The notes: generated by a model from the sequence alone, not told the origin. Positions 7,262 to 16,072 are shown, counted from the stretch's first letter. The stretch is 56,936 bases of DNA from an uncultured Candidatus Saccharibacteria bacterium (GCA_964567825.1 CAZMNX010000003.1:1-56936); one strand, 5' to 3'. A program made the numbers and translations.

Positions 7262-10200
7262 TTACACCAATTCCTTCACTTTATCCACAATAAGGCTAAT
7301 TTCGCCATTACGGAGCGAGACTTTGCCTTTTAAGGCGACGGCTTTGTCCTTAATAAGTAAAGATTTGAATTCGGTCATGGTGCGGGGGAAGACGACGACT
7401 TCGAGGGTGTCGCTGAAATCGGATAATTTTAGAAAGGCCATATTATCACCTTTTTTGGTGACGATGGCGCGGATATCTTCGATCATCCCGGCGACCACCA
7501 CTTCTTTACCATCTTCGAGTGCACCGCCATCTTTACCACCAGTTTTAATATTACTAATTTTATAATTTTTCTCGTCGATTACCTTTCGGAATTTATCGAG
7601 CGGATGACCGGAGAGGTACAAGCCAAGTAATTCGCGCTCCCAGTTTAATTTCTCGGTGGCGGTGGCCGGCGCCGCATCTTGGAGTTTGAAATTGTTCACA
7701 TCGGTATTAAGGCCGGGAATATAGGCGCCGAAAAGCGAATCTTGGTTTTCACTTTGCTTGCTGGCTTCTTTGGAATAGGTGAGCATATTTTCCACATTGG
7801 CCAGCATTTGTCCGCGTTCACCAAATTCATCCATCGCGCCAGCTTTGATCAGGGCTTCGAGCGACTTTTTATTTAAATTTTTATCTTTTATTCGATCCAG
7901 GAAATTAGAGAGGGAAGTAAACTTACCACCTTTTTTTCGCTCGGCGATTATTGTATTAGCGATACCCTCACCAAAGTTTTTGATGGTGGTGAGTCCGAAT
8001 CTAATCTTATCTTCACCCCGCACCGTCAGAACATCCTCGGAGCGATTAGGTACTCCGTTAAGCGGAGAGGGTGATTCTGACGGGGTGAGGGCGGTCGAAG
8101 AATTAAAAATGGCTTTGACCACCGTAAAATCCTGAAAGCTTTCATTCACGTTTGGTGGTAGCACCGGAATATCCATGCGCTTACAGTCGCCGATGAACTC
8201 GGCAATTTTTTCCACATCACCAGCATCGGCGGTAAGAACCGCGGACATATAAATGGCCGGGAAATTAGCTTTCATATAAGCGGTTTGATAGGCCACCAAA
8301 CCATAGCTCGCCGCATGGGCTTTGTTGAAACCGTAACCTTGGAATGGCTCAAACAATTTCCACAAGGCTTCGGCTTTCGCTTCGGTCATGCCACCATTTT
8401 TGACGCAACCTTCGACGAACTTCACATGTTGCTTGGCCATTTCTTCCGGAATTTTTTTACCGATGGCTTTGCGGAATTTATCCACTTCACCCCAAGTGTA
8501 GCCGGCCACTTCGATCGCGGTCATCAGCAAGTCGTCTTGATACACGAGCACGCCGAAAGTGGTGTCGAGAAAATCTTTCATCTTTGGATGAATATAAGAG
8601 GTTCTTTTTTCACCGTGTTTGCGGGCGATGTATTCTTGGATGTTGTCCATCGGGCCGGGGCGATACAGGGCCACCATCACGTTGATATCGTGAATGTTTG
8701 ACGGCTTCAAATCTTTTAAAGATTTAGTCATGCCTTGGCCGTTGAGTTGAAAGAGACCGGTGGTTTCGCCACGCGCCAGCATTTCAAAAGTTTTCTTATC
8801 ATCAATCGGAATATTTTCTAGGTCCACATCGATGTCCTCAATTATTTTTACTAAATCAACTGCGCTCGCCAAAATGGCCAAGTTTTTAATACCCAAAAAG
8901 TCAAACTTGAGCAAACCGGCATCCTCGATCGCATGCATATCGTATTGGGTAATGATTTTTTCTTCACCCTTGGTATCAAACTGCAGCGGAGTGAAATCGG
9001 TCAGGGGCCTCGGCGCCATCACCACCCCGGCGGCATGCACCGAGATGTGGCGAGCACAACCCTCCACTTTTTTTGCCATATCAATAATAGTTTTTACATC
9101 GGCTTCTTTTTCGTACATTTCTTTAAGCTCTGGGGTGTCTTTCAAGGCCCGATCGATCGTCATCGGAAAACCTTGTGCGCCCATCGGAATTAATTTCGAA
9201 ATGCGATCACCCAAGGTGTAGGGAAAGCCCATGGCGCGAGCCACATCTTTGACTGAACCACGTGCCATCATAGTACCAAAAGTACCAATCTGCGCCACTT
9301 TATCATTGCCATATTTTTTCTTGGCATATTCGATCACTTCATCACGGCGATTATCGGCATAATCCATATCGATATCGGGCGCGGACGGGCGTTCGGGGTT
9401 TAAGAATCTTTCGAACGGCAATTTATAATCAATTGGATCGACGTTGGTAATTTTTGTTAAGTATGTTGTAAGCGAGCCAGCGACCGAACCTCGGATGTTC
9501 GTTAAAATTTTATTCTCGTGAGCAAAACGCAATAAATCGGCTACCACCAAAAAGTATGGCGAGTAACCTTTATCTTTAATCACTTTGAGTTCGTATTCTA
9601 GCCTGTCTGTATATACTTTAGTTTGAGGCAAGTCGCGCACCTTGAATCCTTCATACGCTAAGCGTTTTAATTCTTCGTCACCAGTTAGGCCGCTTTCTAC
9701 TTTAAAATCCGGAAAAACCCAGGAACCGAGTTCTAAATCGAGCTCACACATATCTGCAATTCTCAAAGTATTTTCCAAAGCTTCGGGCGTGTCTTTAAAA
9801 AGCCCCTCTGCTCTTTCAGAATTAATAAAAGAAAAATCTTCCTCATTACCATCAGAATTACGATCAGAAAAATCACTGTTGGTATTTACCAGCATTAAAG
9901 TATCGCGCGCTTTTTTGTCCTCAGGATGTAAATAGTAAACATCGTGCGCGGCAACGAGGGGGGTGTTGGTTTCTTTAGCCAAATTCACAATCTTTTTCAT
10001 CGTTTCTTCATGGCCTTCAATTTCTGGATGATGCGTGAGTTCCAAGAAAAAGTTTTTTTCACCGTACACTTCTTTATACCAAGCCACTAATCTTTTAGCT
10101 TCTGACAAATCGCCATTTTTTAATGCTTGGGTGGTGGCACCAGAAAAAGAGGGCGAAATGCAAATCAAGCCAAACTTATGAGCTTCAATTAATTCTTTAT

Positions 10201-10564
10201 CAATACGGGGTTTGTAATAAAAACCTTCGAGGTTGGCCAGTGTCACCAATTTAATCAAATTTTTATAACCGTCTAAATCTTTGGCCAACAAAATTAAACG
10301 ACTGCGGCGATTATCTACTCCACCTTGTTTGTCTTTACGGGTGCGGGCGGCAACATACATATCAGCGCCGATAATTGGTTTGATCTCATTTTTTTTGCAG
10401 GTTTTATAAAACTCAATCGCGCCATACAAATTGGCATTGTCAGTTAAAGCCAAAGACGTCATTTCATTCTTCTTCGCCTCCTTCACCAAATCACTAATTT
10501 TCGGCAGGGCATTAAGCAGGGAATAGTGAGAATGGGTATGTAGGTGAATAAATTTCGACGGCAT
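7262..10564 (-). CDS. dnaE: DNA polymerase III alpha subunit
   Basis: 1100 aa. The PHP domain starts FIHLHTHSHYSLL, followed by polymerase core motifs and a C-terminal OB fold. Confidence 0.95.
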   Translation of the reverse strand: MPSKFIHLHTHSHYSLLNALPKISDLVKEAKKNEMTSLALTDNANLYGAIEFYKTCKKNEIKPIIGADMYVAARTRKDKQGGVDNRRSRLILLAKDLDGYKNLIKLVTLANLEGFYYKPRIDKELIEAHKFGLICISPSFSGATTQALKNGDLSEAKRLVAWYKEVYGEKNFFLELTHHPEIEGHEETMKKIVNLAKETNTPLVAAHDVYYLHPEDKKARDTLMLVNTNSDFSDRNSDGNEEDFSFINSERAEGLFKDTPEALENTLRIADMCELDLELGSWVFPDFKVESGLTGDEELKRLAYEGFKVRDLPQTKVYTDRLEYELKVIKDKGYSPYFLVVADLLRFAHENKILTNIRGSVAGSLTTYLTKITNVDPIDYKLPFERFLNPERPSAPDIDMDYADNRRDEVIEYAKKKYGNDKVAQIGTFGTMMARGSVKDVARAMGFPYTLGDRISKLIPMGAQGFPMTIDRALKDTPELKEMYEKEADVKTIIDMAKKVEGCARHISVHAAGVVMAPRPLTDFTPLQFDTKGEEKIITQYDMHAIEDAGLLKFDFLGIKNLAILASAVDLVKIIEDIDVDLENIPIDDKKTFEMLARGETTGLFQLNGQGMTKSLKDLKPSNIHDINVMVALYRPGPMDNIQEYIARKHGEKRTSYIHPKMKDFLDTTFGVLVYQDDLLMTAIEVAGYTWGEVDKFRKAIGKKIPEEMAKQHVKFVEGCVKNGGMTEAKAEALWKLFEPFQGYGFNKAHAASYGLVAYQTAYMKANFPAIYMSAVLTADAGDVEKIAEFIGDCKRMDIPVLPPNVNESFQDFTVVKAIFNSSTALTPSESPSPLNGVPNRSEDVLTVRGEDKIRFGLTTIKNFGEGIANTIIAERKKGGKFTSLSNFLDRIKDKNLNKKSLEALIKAGAMDEFGERGQMLANVENMLTYSKEASKQSENQDSLFGAYIPGLNTDVNNFKLQDAAPATATEKLNWERELLGLYLSGHPLDKFRKVIDEKNYKISNIKTGGKDGGALEDGKEVVVAGMIEDIRAIVTKKGDNMAFLKLSDFSDTLEVVVFPRTMTEFKSLLIKDKAVALKGKVSLRNGEISLIVDKVKELV
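7281..7289 (+). promoter_or_regulatory. perfect DnaA-box consensus TTATCCACA (inside the dnaE 3' end)
   Basis: Exact 9-mer, 26 nt from the inverted box at 7247-7255. Confidence 0.4.
8014..8087 (-). repeat. palindromic in-frame repeat element, copy A (inside dnaE)
   Basis: Reverse strand: CCGTCAGAAtcaccCTCTCCGcTTAACGGAGTACCTAATCgCTCCGAGgatgTTCTGACGG. A 34-nt core matches 32/34 to the truB copy, and the terminal inverted repeats pair with each other. Confidence 0.75.
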
Positions 10565-10607
10565 AATTAAGGCTATTATAGCTTATAAATTAAGGCTAAA
10601 ATAGTGC

Positions 10608-10636
10608 TTGACTTTTAGATTTCGTTATGCTATACT
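10608..10636 (+). promoter_or_regulatory. sigma70-like promoter TTGACT-17-TATACT (island 2)
   Basis: -35 at 10608-10613 and -10 at 10631-10636. The leader of about 70 nt is GC-rich, with small hairpins and GAGAAGAGA before GTG 10711. Confidence 0.55.
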
Positions 10637-10710
10637 GCTTAGACGGATTGTAGTTGACCGAGGTGGTCGAAATCGCGGCTCTAATCAGCCGCAGAAAGCG
10701 AGAAGAGACG

Positions 10711-11493
10711 GTGAAGAGTTCATTGAAAGGTTTGATGTTGGTAGCGGCGGTCGTTCTGTGCGGTCAGTTGGTGTTCGCGGGTGCGAGCAATGACTGGGTG
10801 CGTGGCAGCTTCACGGCGTCGGTTATGTCGCAGAACATCCACCCCACGCTCAGCATGGTCAAGTACCCCGATCCCCAGGTTCAGGGTGATCTGTGGCTGG
10901 ATTTGCCAGCCGGGTACGCGCTGCAGTTGCAGGAGTACGCTGGCCTGAATGGCGGAGGATTCGATAACGACAAGGGCGATGAATTTGACCTCGGGGTCTG
11001 GAAGAAATTCGCGCTCGACGCGAGCACGTATCTGAAGCTTCGGCTGAAGTACGTGGATAGCTTCCCGGTTTCGGAGGTGGAGGGAGATGATCCCATCGCC
11101 TACGACGTGTTTATCGGTCGGTCGTTTAACCACGATGGGCCGAACACGGTGACGGCCGAGCTGCGTGCCGAATACTGGCACTATATTCGCGAGGGGAGCG
11201 AAGGTATGGTCTCGGTCATACCCAGTTTGTCGCACGAATATCGGGCCAACGCCCGGTTCGCGGTCTACGACCAGCTCGTTCTTCAGTGGAACAACGAGAT
11301 GGACGCCTTCGGCGAGTTGCTGTCGGCGCAAGCGAAAGCTGGCGTGAAGGTCAAGCTGACGAACAACCTGAATTGGAACGTCGTCGACGTCTGGGGGATC
11401 CTCCCCTTGACCAAGGTCGCAGATGGCGACCCGCGGGCCAAGAACGACGACGGCGCCGTAGCGGTTGCGACCGCTCTGGCACTTCGTCTCTAG
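10711..11493 (+). CDS. secreted beta-rich protein, possibly outer-membrane beta-barrel-like (high-GC island 2)
   Basis: Signal peptide MKSSLKGLMLVAAVVLCGQLVFAGA-SN. Alternating hydrophobic/polar stretches run through to the C-terminus. The start could be GTG 10711 or ATG 10735. No family recognised. Confidence 0.6.
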   Translation: MKSSLKGLMLVAAVVLCGQLVFAGASNDWVRGSFTASVMSQNIHPTLSMVKYPDPQVQGDLWLDLPAGYALQLQEYAGLNGGGFDNDKGDEFDLGVWKKFALDASTYLKLRLKYVDSFPVSEVEGDDPIAYDVFIGRSFNHDGPNTVTAELRAEYWHYIREGSEGMVSVIPSLSHEYRANARFAVYDQLVLQWNNEMDAFGELLSAQAKAGVKVKLTNNLNWNVVDVWGILPLTKVADGDPRAKNDDGAVAVATALALRL

Positions 11494-11552
11494 TCGGATG
11501 ATTCCGGCGGAGTAAGACTTAAGTACAAAATCGAAAAAAGGTGAGAGGGAAA

Positions 11553-11583
11553 GGGCTGCAACGTTCACGTTGCGGCCCTTTTA
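11553..11583. terminator. GC-rich hairpin terminator (possibly bidirectional) closing island 2
   Basis: GGGCTGCAACG-ttca-CGTTGCGGCCC followed by TTTT. It lies between convergent genes. Confidence 0.65.
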
Positions 11584-11589
11584 AATTGT

Positions 11590-12357
11590 CTATTTTATTT
11601 TAACCGCACGGATGGCGGCGTAAACCGGAAGGGCTTTGAAATCTAACCAAAATTTTTCACCGTATTTTTTTATTCCATTAGATGATACTAAAATGTCTAA
11701 CCACTCCACAGTAAACCCATTCTCCTCGAGTAATTTCTGATATGTTTTTTTTGTCCAATGATAATTTGTAAAACTACAGAGTTCTTTTCCAGAAAAATCA
11801 CATAAGGTTGTAGTGAAACTAGCGCCCTCATTTTTTCCCTTAAATTGTAGTTTTACACCATAGTTATTATAATCAGTTGTAATTTCTGGATTAGGCATTG
11901 TGGTGAAGAATGTTCCACCTTTTTTGAGATGCGAACTAATATTTTTGATCATCTGGGCCATTTTTTCTTTAGTATCTGAATAATGCAAAAGCATAATGGC
12001 AGTTATGACATCGAATTTGTCCACAACATCTATGTCTGCTGAAACATCACCCACAAGATATTCAATCTGACTTTCTTTTTCAACACCAAACTCTAACTTT
12101 CTCGCCATATCTATTTCTTTTGGGGAAACATCAATTCCAACTACTCTTTCTGCTCCGAGATTTCGGCATAGACGAGCCGAATATCCCTCGCCGCAAGCTA
12201 GATCGAGGACCTTTTTACCAGACAAATCACCTAGATGCTTTATGATCGTTGGCTCCAGAGTCAGTGATCTAAGCTCTCGTTTAGTGGCTTCTTGATAGCC
12301 CTGAGCAATAGCATCATATTCCTCAACTGTTAATTTAACGCTGTTCTTATGCTTCAT
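11590..12357 (-). CDS. class I SAM-dependent methyltransferase
   Basis: Motif I VLDLACGEGY and a Rossmann-type layout. Confidence 0.85.
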   Translation of the reverse strand: MKHKNSVKLTVEEYDAIAQGYQEATKRELRSLTLEPTIIKHLGDLSGKKVLDLACGEGYSARLCRNLGAERVVGIDVSPKEIDMARKLEFGVEKESQIEYLVGDVSADIDVVDKFDVITAIMLLHYSDTKEKMAQMIKNISSHLKKGGTFFTTMPNPEITTDYNNYGVKLQFKGKNEGASFTTTLCDFSGKELCSFTNYHWTKKTYQKLLEENGFTVEWLDILVSSNGIKKYGEKFWLDFKALPVYAAIRAVKIK

Positions 12358-12366
12358 AATGTTTAA

Positions 12367-13083
12367 TTATTTTAATTTCTTACAACAAAAAGTTATATAT
12401 TCAGGGAAAGAGTAGCGGAAGAATTTTTTGGGGGCATTGGTTGGATAACTGGATTCAATAATTTTATTAAGTGAAAAGTTATTCTCTCGAATCATATCAG
12501 TATAAAAAGCTAGTGACCAATGTGCATCCTCAAATTCAATTTCTTTTTTATTGGGCAGTCTAACAATGGCCGAAAATTTGGAGCCGTCTTTAAAATAAGA
12601 AAAGTTCTTAGAATATTTTTCCTTACGATTACCTTCTTTTATAGTCATTTTACAAATTGGATGTAGATCACTAAAAACAAAATCACCAGAATTTTTTAAT
12701 ACCCTTTTAATTTCACTAAATATTTTTTTCATGTCAGAGATTGTGTAAATATTAGGAAAAACCATATTCATAATCACGAGATCAAAACTCTTATTAGAAA
12801 ATTTTTGTAAATTTGTGGCGCTGGCCTCTAGAAAAGTCAAATTCTCTCTTTGATAGCTTTTCTGACACTGCTCAATCCAACTTGCTGACAAATCAATGCC
12901 AACGACCGATTTTGCCGATTCAGCTAGTTTATCTGTTAATTCTCCAGAGCCGCAGCCAATATCTAGGATTTTTTTATCAATCAAATTGCCTAAATATTTA
13001 AGAATTGGGTTAAATATCGTGAACCAATGCTCCTCGACTTTTAGCTTATATAAGGTTAATAAATCATTATCTTCGTATTTCAT
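12367..13083 (-). CDS. class I SAM-dependent methyltransferase
   Basis: Motif I ILDIGCGSGE. I chose the ATG at 13083 (MKYEDNDL...) because the longer ORF-track start would overlap the pilin gene. Confidence 0.8.
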   Translation of the reverse strand: MKYEDNDLLTLYKLKVEEHWFTIFNPILKYLGNLIDKKILDIGCGSGELTDKLAESAKSVVGIDLSASWIEQCQKSYQRENLTFLEASATNLQKFSNKSFDLVIMNMVFPNIYTISDMKKIFSEIKRVLKNSGDFVFSDLHPICKMTIKEGNRKEKYSKNFSYFKDGSKFSAIVRLPNKKEIEFEDAHWSLAFYTDMIRENNFSLNKIIESSYPTNAPKKFFRYSFPEYITFCCKKLK

Positions 13084-13137
13084 ATTGAGTATATAATAAC
13101 ATTTTCTCGTTCTACTTTCACTTTTTGCTAGTGATTG

Positions 13138-13146
13138 TGGTACAAT
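13138..13146 (+). promoter_or_regulatory. extended -10 TGGTACAAT, 10 nt before ATG (leaderless-type)
   Basis: TGn + TACAAT, a 10-nt gap, then the ATG at 13157. Confidence 0.45.
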
Positions 13147-13156
13147 AAGACTGTAT

Positions 13157-13696
13157 ATGATAAGTATAAAAAAAGGATTTACATTGATCGAACTTTTGGT
13201 GGTCATTTCAATTATCGCCCTGCTTTCCTCGATTGTTTTAGCCGCTTTGCAGGAGGCGCGGGCAAAAGCTCGTGATGCGGTTAGAAAAAATGATTTGCGT
13301 CAAATTGCTAACGCTCTTGAATTATATCGTTCAGATCATGGTAACTACCTTGTTAAAAACTCCTCGAATCTAGGTTGTGGTAGTAGTGGTTTGGGTATTG
13401 GTTGGTTTAATTACACTTATGCGTCATATGGTGGATCGGTGGCCCAGTGCTTATTTAATGGTAAATATATCGCGGGTCTGATTATTGATCCATCAAAAAA
13501 TACAGCCTCTTATAATAATATTGGTTCGCCATATATGATTTATGTAGATGGGAGTGGATATACAGTCTGGGCTAGTTTGGAAAAACCGTCAGCTGCTGAT
13601 TTGGCCACCCAAAATAGATGTCTGCTTAGTGGTTACGATGGTTACCCCGCAGCCTGGCCGGCCGAAAGACGAATGAACTATTGCATAAGTAACTAG
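13157..13696 (+). CDS. type IV pilin / pseudopilin with prepilin N-terminal methylation motif
   Basis: MISIKKG-FTLIELLVVISIIALLSSIVLAAL is a class III signal peptide. Confidence 0.85.
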   Translation: MISIKKGFTLIELLVVISIIALLSSIVLAALQEARAKARDAVRKNDLRQIANALELYRSDHGNYLVKNSSNLGCGSSGLGIGWFNYTYASYGGSVAQCLFNGKYIAGLIIDPSKNTASYNNIGSPYMIYVDGSGYTVWASLEKPSAADLATQNRCLLSGYDGYPAAWPAERRMNYCISN

Positions 13697-13700
13697 TTTT

Positions 13701-13709
13701 TTATCCACA
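13701..13709 (+). promoter_or_regulatory. perfect DnaA-box consensus TTATCCACA
   Basis: Exact 9-mer, 25 nt upstream of the helicase -10 box. Confidence 0.45.
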
Positions 13710-13731
13710 GTTTCTTTTTAAAGTGGCACGG

Positions 13732-13740
13732 TGATAGAAT
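13732..13740 (+). promoter_or_regulatory. extended -10 TGATAGAAT, 6 nt before ATG (leaderless-type)
   Basis: TGn + TAGAAT, ggtctc, then the ATG at 13747. Confidence 0.5.
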
Positions 13741-13746
13741 GGTCTC

Positions 13747-15435
13747 ATGACTCAAGCTGAAGCCCTCGATATTCTTAAACTAGGACACAATGTTTTTTTG
13801 ACCGGCCCGGCGGGGAGTGGGAAGACTTTTGTGTTAAACGAATATATTAAATTTTTACGGGATAATTTTGTGGACGTGGGCATCACGGCTAGCACCGGTA
13901 TCGCCGCGACACATATGGGCGGCACGACCATTCATTCTTGGACTGGTATGGGAATTAAGGACACCTTAACTAAAATTGATTTAGAAGAATTGCAAACCCG
14001 AAAATATTTGAAAGATCGTTTTGCTCGAACTCAGGTTTTAGTGATAGATGAAGTGTCTATGCTCCACCACTTTCGTTTAGATTTGATTGACGAAATCTGT
14101 CGGCATATGAAAAATAATGATTCGTCTTTTGGTGGTATGCAAGTCATCTTGTGTGGAGATTTCTTTCAGTTGCCACCGATCGCTCGTTTCGGTGAGCCGG
14201 CCGCGCAGTTTGCTTACGAATCGGTCGTTTGGGAAAACGCTAAATTTAAGGTTTGCTATTTAGAAGAACAGCACCGTCAGACTGATTCAGCTTTCCTAAA
14301 AGTTTTAAACGAAATCAGAAAGAATCGATTGTCAGATGAAGGAATGAATCATTTAATGTCCAGACATACAAAAAATCGAAAAGTGGAGGCGGAACAAATT
14401 GAACCAACCTTGTTGTACACTCACAATATTGACGTTGATAATATTAATCAAAAAGAATTAGAGAAACTGCATGGTCAACAGCGCGAATATGAAATGGAGA
14501 GTAAGGGTCGGCAACCACTAGTGGATTTACTAAAAAAGAGTTGTTTGGCGCCCGAAGTCTTAAAATTAAAAGTCGGGGCCAAGGTGATGTTTGTGAAAAA
14601 TAATTTTGAGGAGGGTTATGTGAATGGAACTCTGGGAAAAATTGTAGGTTTTGATCAAGACGGCCCAGTGGTTCAAATAAAGGGCGGCAAAAGTATTCAC
14701 GTTAAGCTGGCCAACTGGATGATCGAAGAAGAGGGGAAACCTAAGGCCACGATCGGCCAATATCCTTTACGTCTAGCCTGGGCAATTACTGTTCACAAAA
14801 GCCAGGGTATGAGCTTGGATGCTATCGAAGTTGATTTATCAAAATCCTTTGAAAAAGGGATGGGTTATGTGGCTTTATCTCGTGTCCGTTCACTGGCGGG
14901 ACTTAATTTGCTTGGCCTAAATGATCTGGCTGTTCAAGTACGGCCAGAGGTTTTGGAATTTGATGAAGAATTAAAAAAGCTTTCCAATAAGCATTTAGCG
15001 GAGATGCATAATTTAAGTGAAACTGATAAAAAGCAGAAACAAAAAAAGTTTTTACAAAAGATTTCACCCGAGCGAACGGCTACGGGTAAGATTAAGAAAA
15101 TAAAAGTTTCGCCGATTGAGGAAACTCGCAAAATGCTTGAAGCGGGCATGAGCCTGAATGAGATGGCTAATTTACGAGGCGTAAAAATTGAAACTATTTT
15201 AGATCATCTAGAGAAATTATTGGTACAAGACCAAACTCTTGATATTAGGCAACTAGAAAGAGAAATTTCAACAGTGAAGTTTAAAAAAATTTATCGAGCC
15301 TTTAATGATATTTACGGCGACAATCGGGAATTACGTTTGGCGCCAGTGATGAAAATTTTGGGTGGTGAAAATTCCGGTTTTATTTTCCCCGAGCTAAGAC
15401 TTGTGCGACTTTTTTTGAAAAAGCGAGGGATGTAG
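13747..15435 (+). CDS. PIF1/RecD-like superfamily 1 DNA helicase with a C-terminal HTH-like tail
   Basis: Walker A GPAGSGKT, VLVIDEVSM, GDFFQLPPI, and ITVHKSQGMS. Confidence 0.85.
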   Translation: MTQAEALDILKLGHNVFLTGPAGSGKTFVLNEYIKFLRDNFVDVGITASTGIAATHMGGTTIHSWTGMGIKDTLTKIDLEELQTRKYLKDRFARTQVLVIDEVSMLHHFRLDLIDEICRHMKNNDSSFGGMQVILCGDFFQLPPIARFGEPAAQFAYESVVWENAKFKVCYLEEQHRQTDSAFLKVLNEIRKNRLSDEGMNHLMSRHTKNRKVEAEQIEPTLLYTHNIDVDNINQKELEKLHGQQREYEMESKGRQPLVDLLKKSCLAPEVLKLKVGAKVMFVKNNFEEGYVNGTLGKIVGFDQDGPVVQIKGGKSIHVKLANWMIEEEGKPKATIGQYPLRLAWAITVHKSQGMSLDAIEVDLSKSFEKGMGYVALSRVRSLAGLNLLGLNDLAVQVRPEVLEFDEELKKLSNKHLAEMHNLSETDKKQKQKKFLQKISPERTATGKIKKIKVSPIEETRKMLEAGMSLNEMANLRGVKIETILDHLEKLLVQDQTLDIRQLEREISTVKFKKIYRAFNDIYGDNRELRLAPVMKILGGENSGFIFPELRLVRLFLKKRGM

Positions 15436-15525
15436 ACAAAGTTAAATTTTAGTGTATTCTATTTTCAGATGTTCTTGCCATTTTTGGCTGTCAGTGTTCG
15501 TCACCTCAAAGGATGAAAGGCCAGT

Positions 15526-15984
15526 ATGAACTTTATCGCTGGTTGGATCTGCGCCGTGATCGGTTACGTCGTTTCGGTTTTCGGTCTGCATTTCGTTTAT
15601 CGCGAGTTTGCGGCCGATGGTAGCTGGCTGCTGAGCTTTGCGATGGCCGTGCCGATGACCGCTCTGGTACTGGGGGTTTGGACGCTCCACGTCTGCGAGG
15701 AGGGCCAGGGCTTCCTCGGCCTGGAGCGTGGTCGGTGCTGGCAGTTGCTTCGGCGTCTGACCGTCTTCGTTCTCTTGCCGGTGCTTGAGCATGCTGCCTG
15801 GCTTTATGCTCGAGCAAGTGGTTGGACAGCGGTGGCGGCGATGTTGGACGAACTCCACTACGTCATTCTGCTTACGGTCGCCATACTCTACTGCGCCATT
15901 CGGCTCATGTTTCATGTTCGCCGGCCGGTGAACGTAGAGGTGGGTAGAACGTCGCGAGTCAACATGGGGATCTTCGGAGATTGA
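15526..15984 (+). CDS. small integral membrane protein, about 4 TM (high-GC island 3)
   Basis: There are four hydrophobic segments on this strand. The antisense ORFs are hydrophilic and rich in P, R, H and Q. AAAGGA/GAAAGG lies upstream of the ATG. No family recognised. Confidence 0.55.
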   Translation: MNFIAGWICAVIGYVVSVFGLHFVYREFAADGSWLLSFAMAVPMTALVLGVWTLHVCEEGQGFLGLERGRCWQLLRRLTVFVLLPVLEHAAWLYARASGWTAVAAMLDELHYVILLTVAILYCAIRLMFHVRRPVNVEVGRTSRVNMGIFGD

Positions 15985-15998
15985 TCGGTGGAAGGGTT

Positions 15999-16056
15999 CG
16001 GGGCTGTTGGGAAAGGTGTCTACGGACACCACCCAGCAGCCCCGCGTTGTTTATTT
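15999..16056 (+). terminator. GC-rich compound hairpin terminator closing island 3
   Basis: CGGGGCTGTTGGG...CCCAGCAGCCCCG with an inner GGTGTC-tacg-GACACC, followed by TTGTTTATTT. Confidence 0.5.
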
Positions 16057-16072
16057 CTGGCTAATGTTTTTA

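Noticed and set aside
6690-7290. Calling the DnaA-box cluster the chromosomal origin (oriC).
   Set aside because: No dnaA or dnaN is adjacent. Only three boxes are present, partly inside coding sequence, and one overlaps a terminator-like palindrome. GC skew cannot be computed by eye. It is kept only as a hypothesis in the findings.
7248-10000. Many 60-150 aa ORFs antisense to or nested within dnaE. Similar nested ORFs occur in rpoB, rpoC, cgs, typA, xfp and others.
   Set aside because: They lie fully inside well-supported long genes and have low-complexity or biased composition. These are typical spurious track entries.
10720-11568. 282-aa minus-strand ORF and other overlapping ORFs in island 2.
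   Set aside because: It is antisense to the signal-peptide protein, has R/Q/P/H-rich composition, no SD, and extends through the terminator hairpin.
15442-16032. Minus-strand ORFs (196 aa and 94 aa) in island 3.
   Set aside because: Their hydrophilic, R/P/S-rich composition is the mirror image of a TM protein. The plus strand gives four clean hydrophobic helices.
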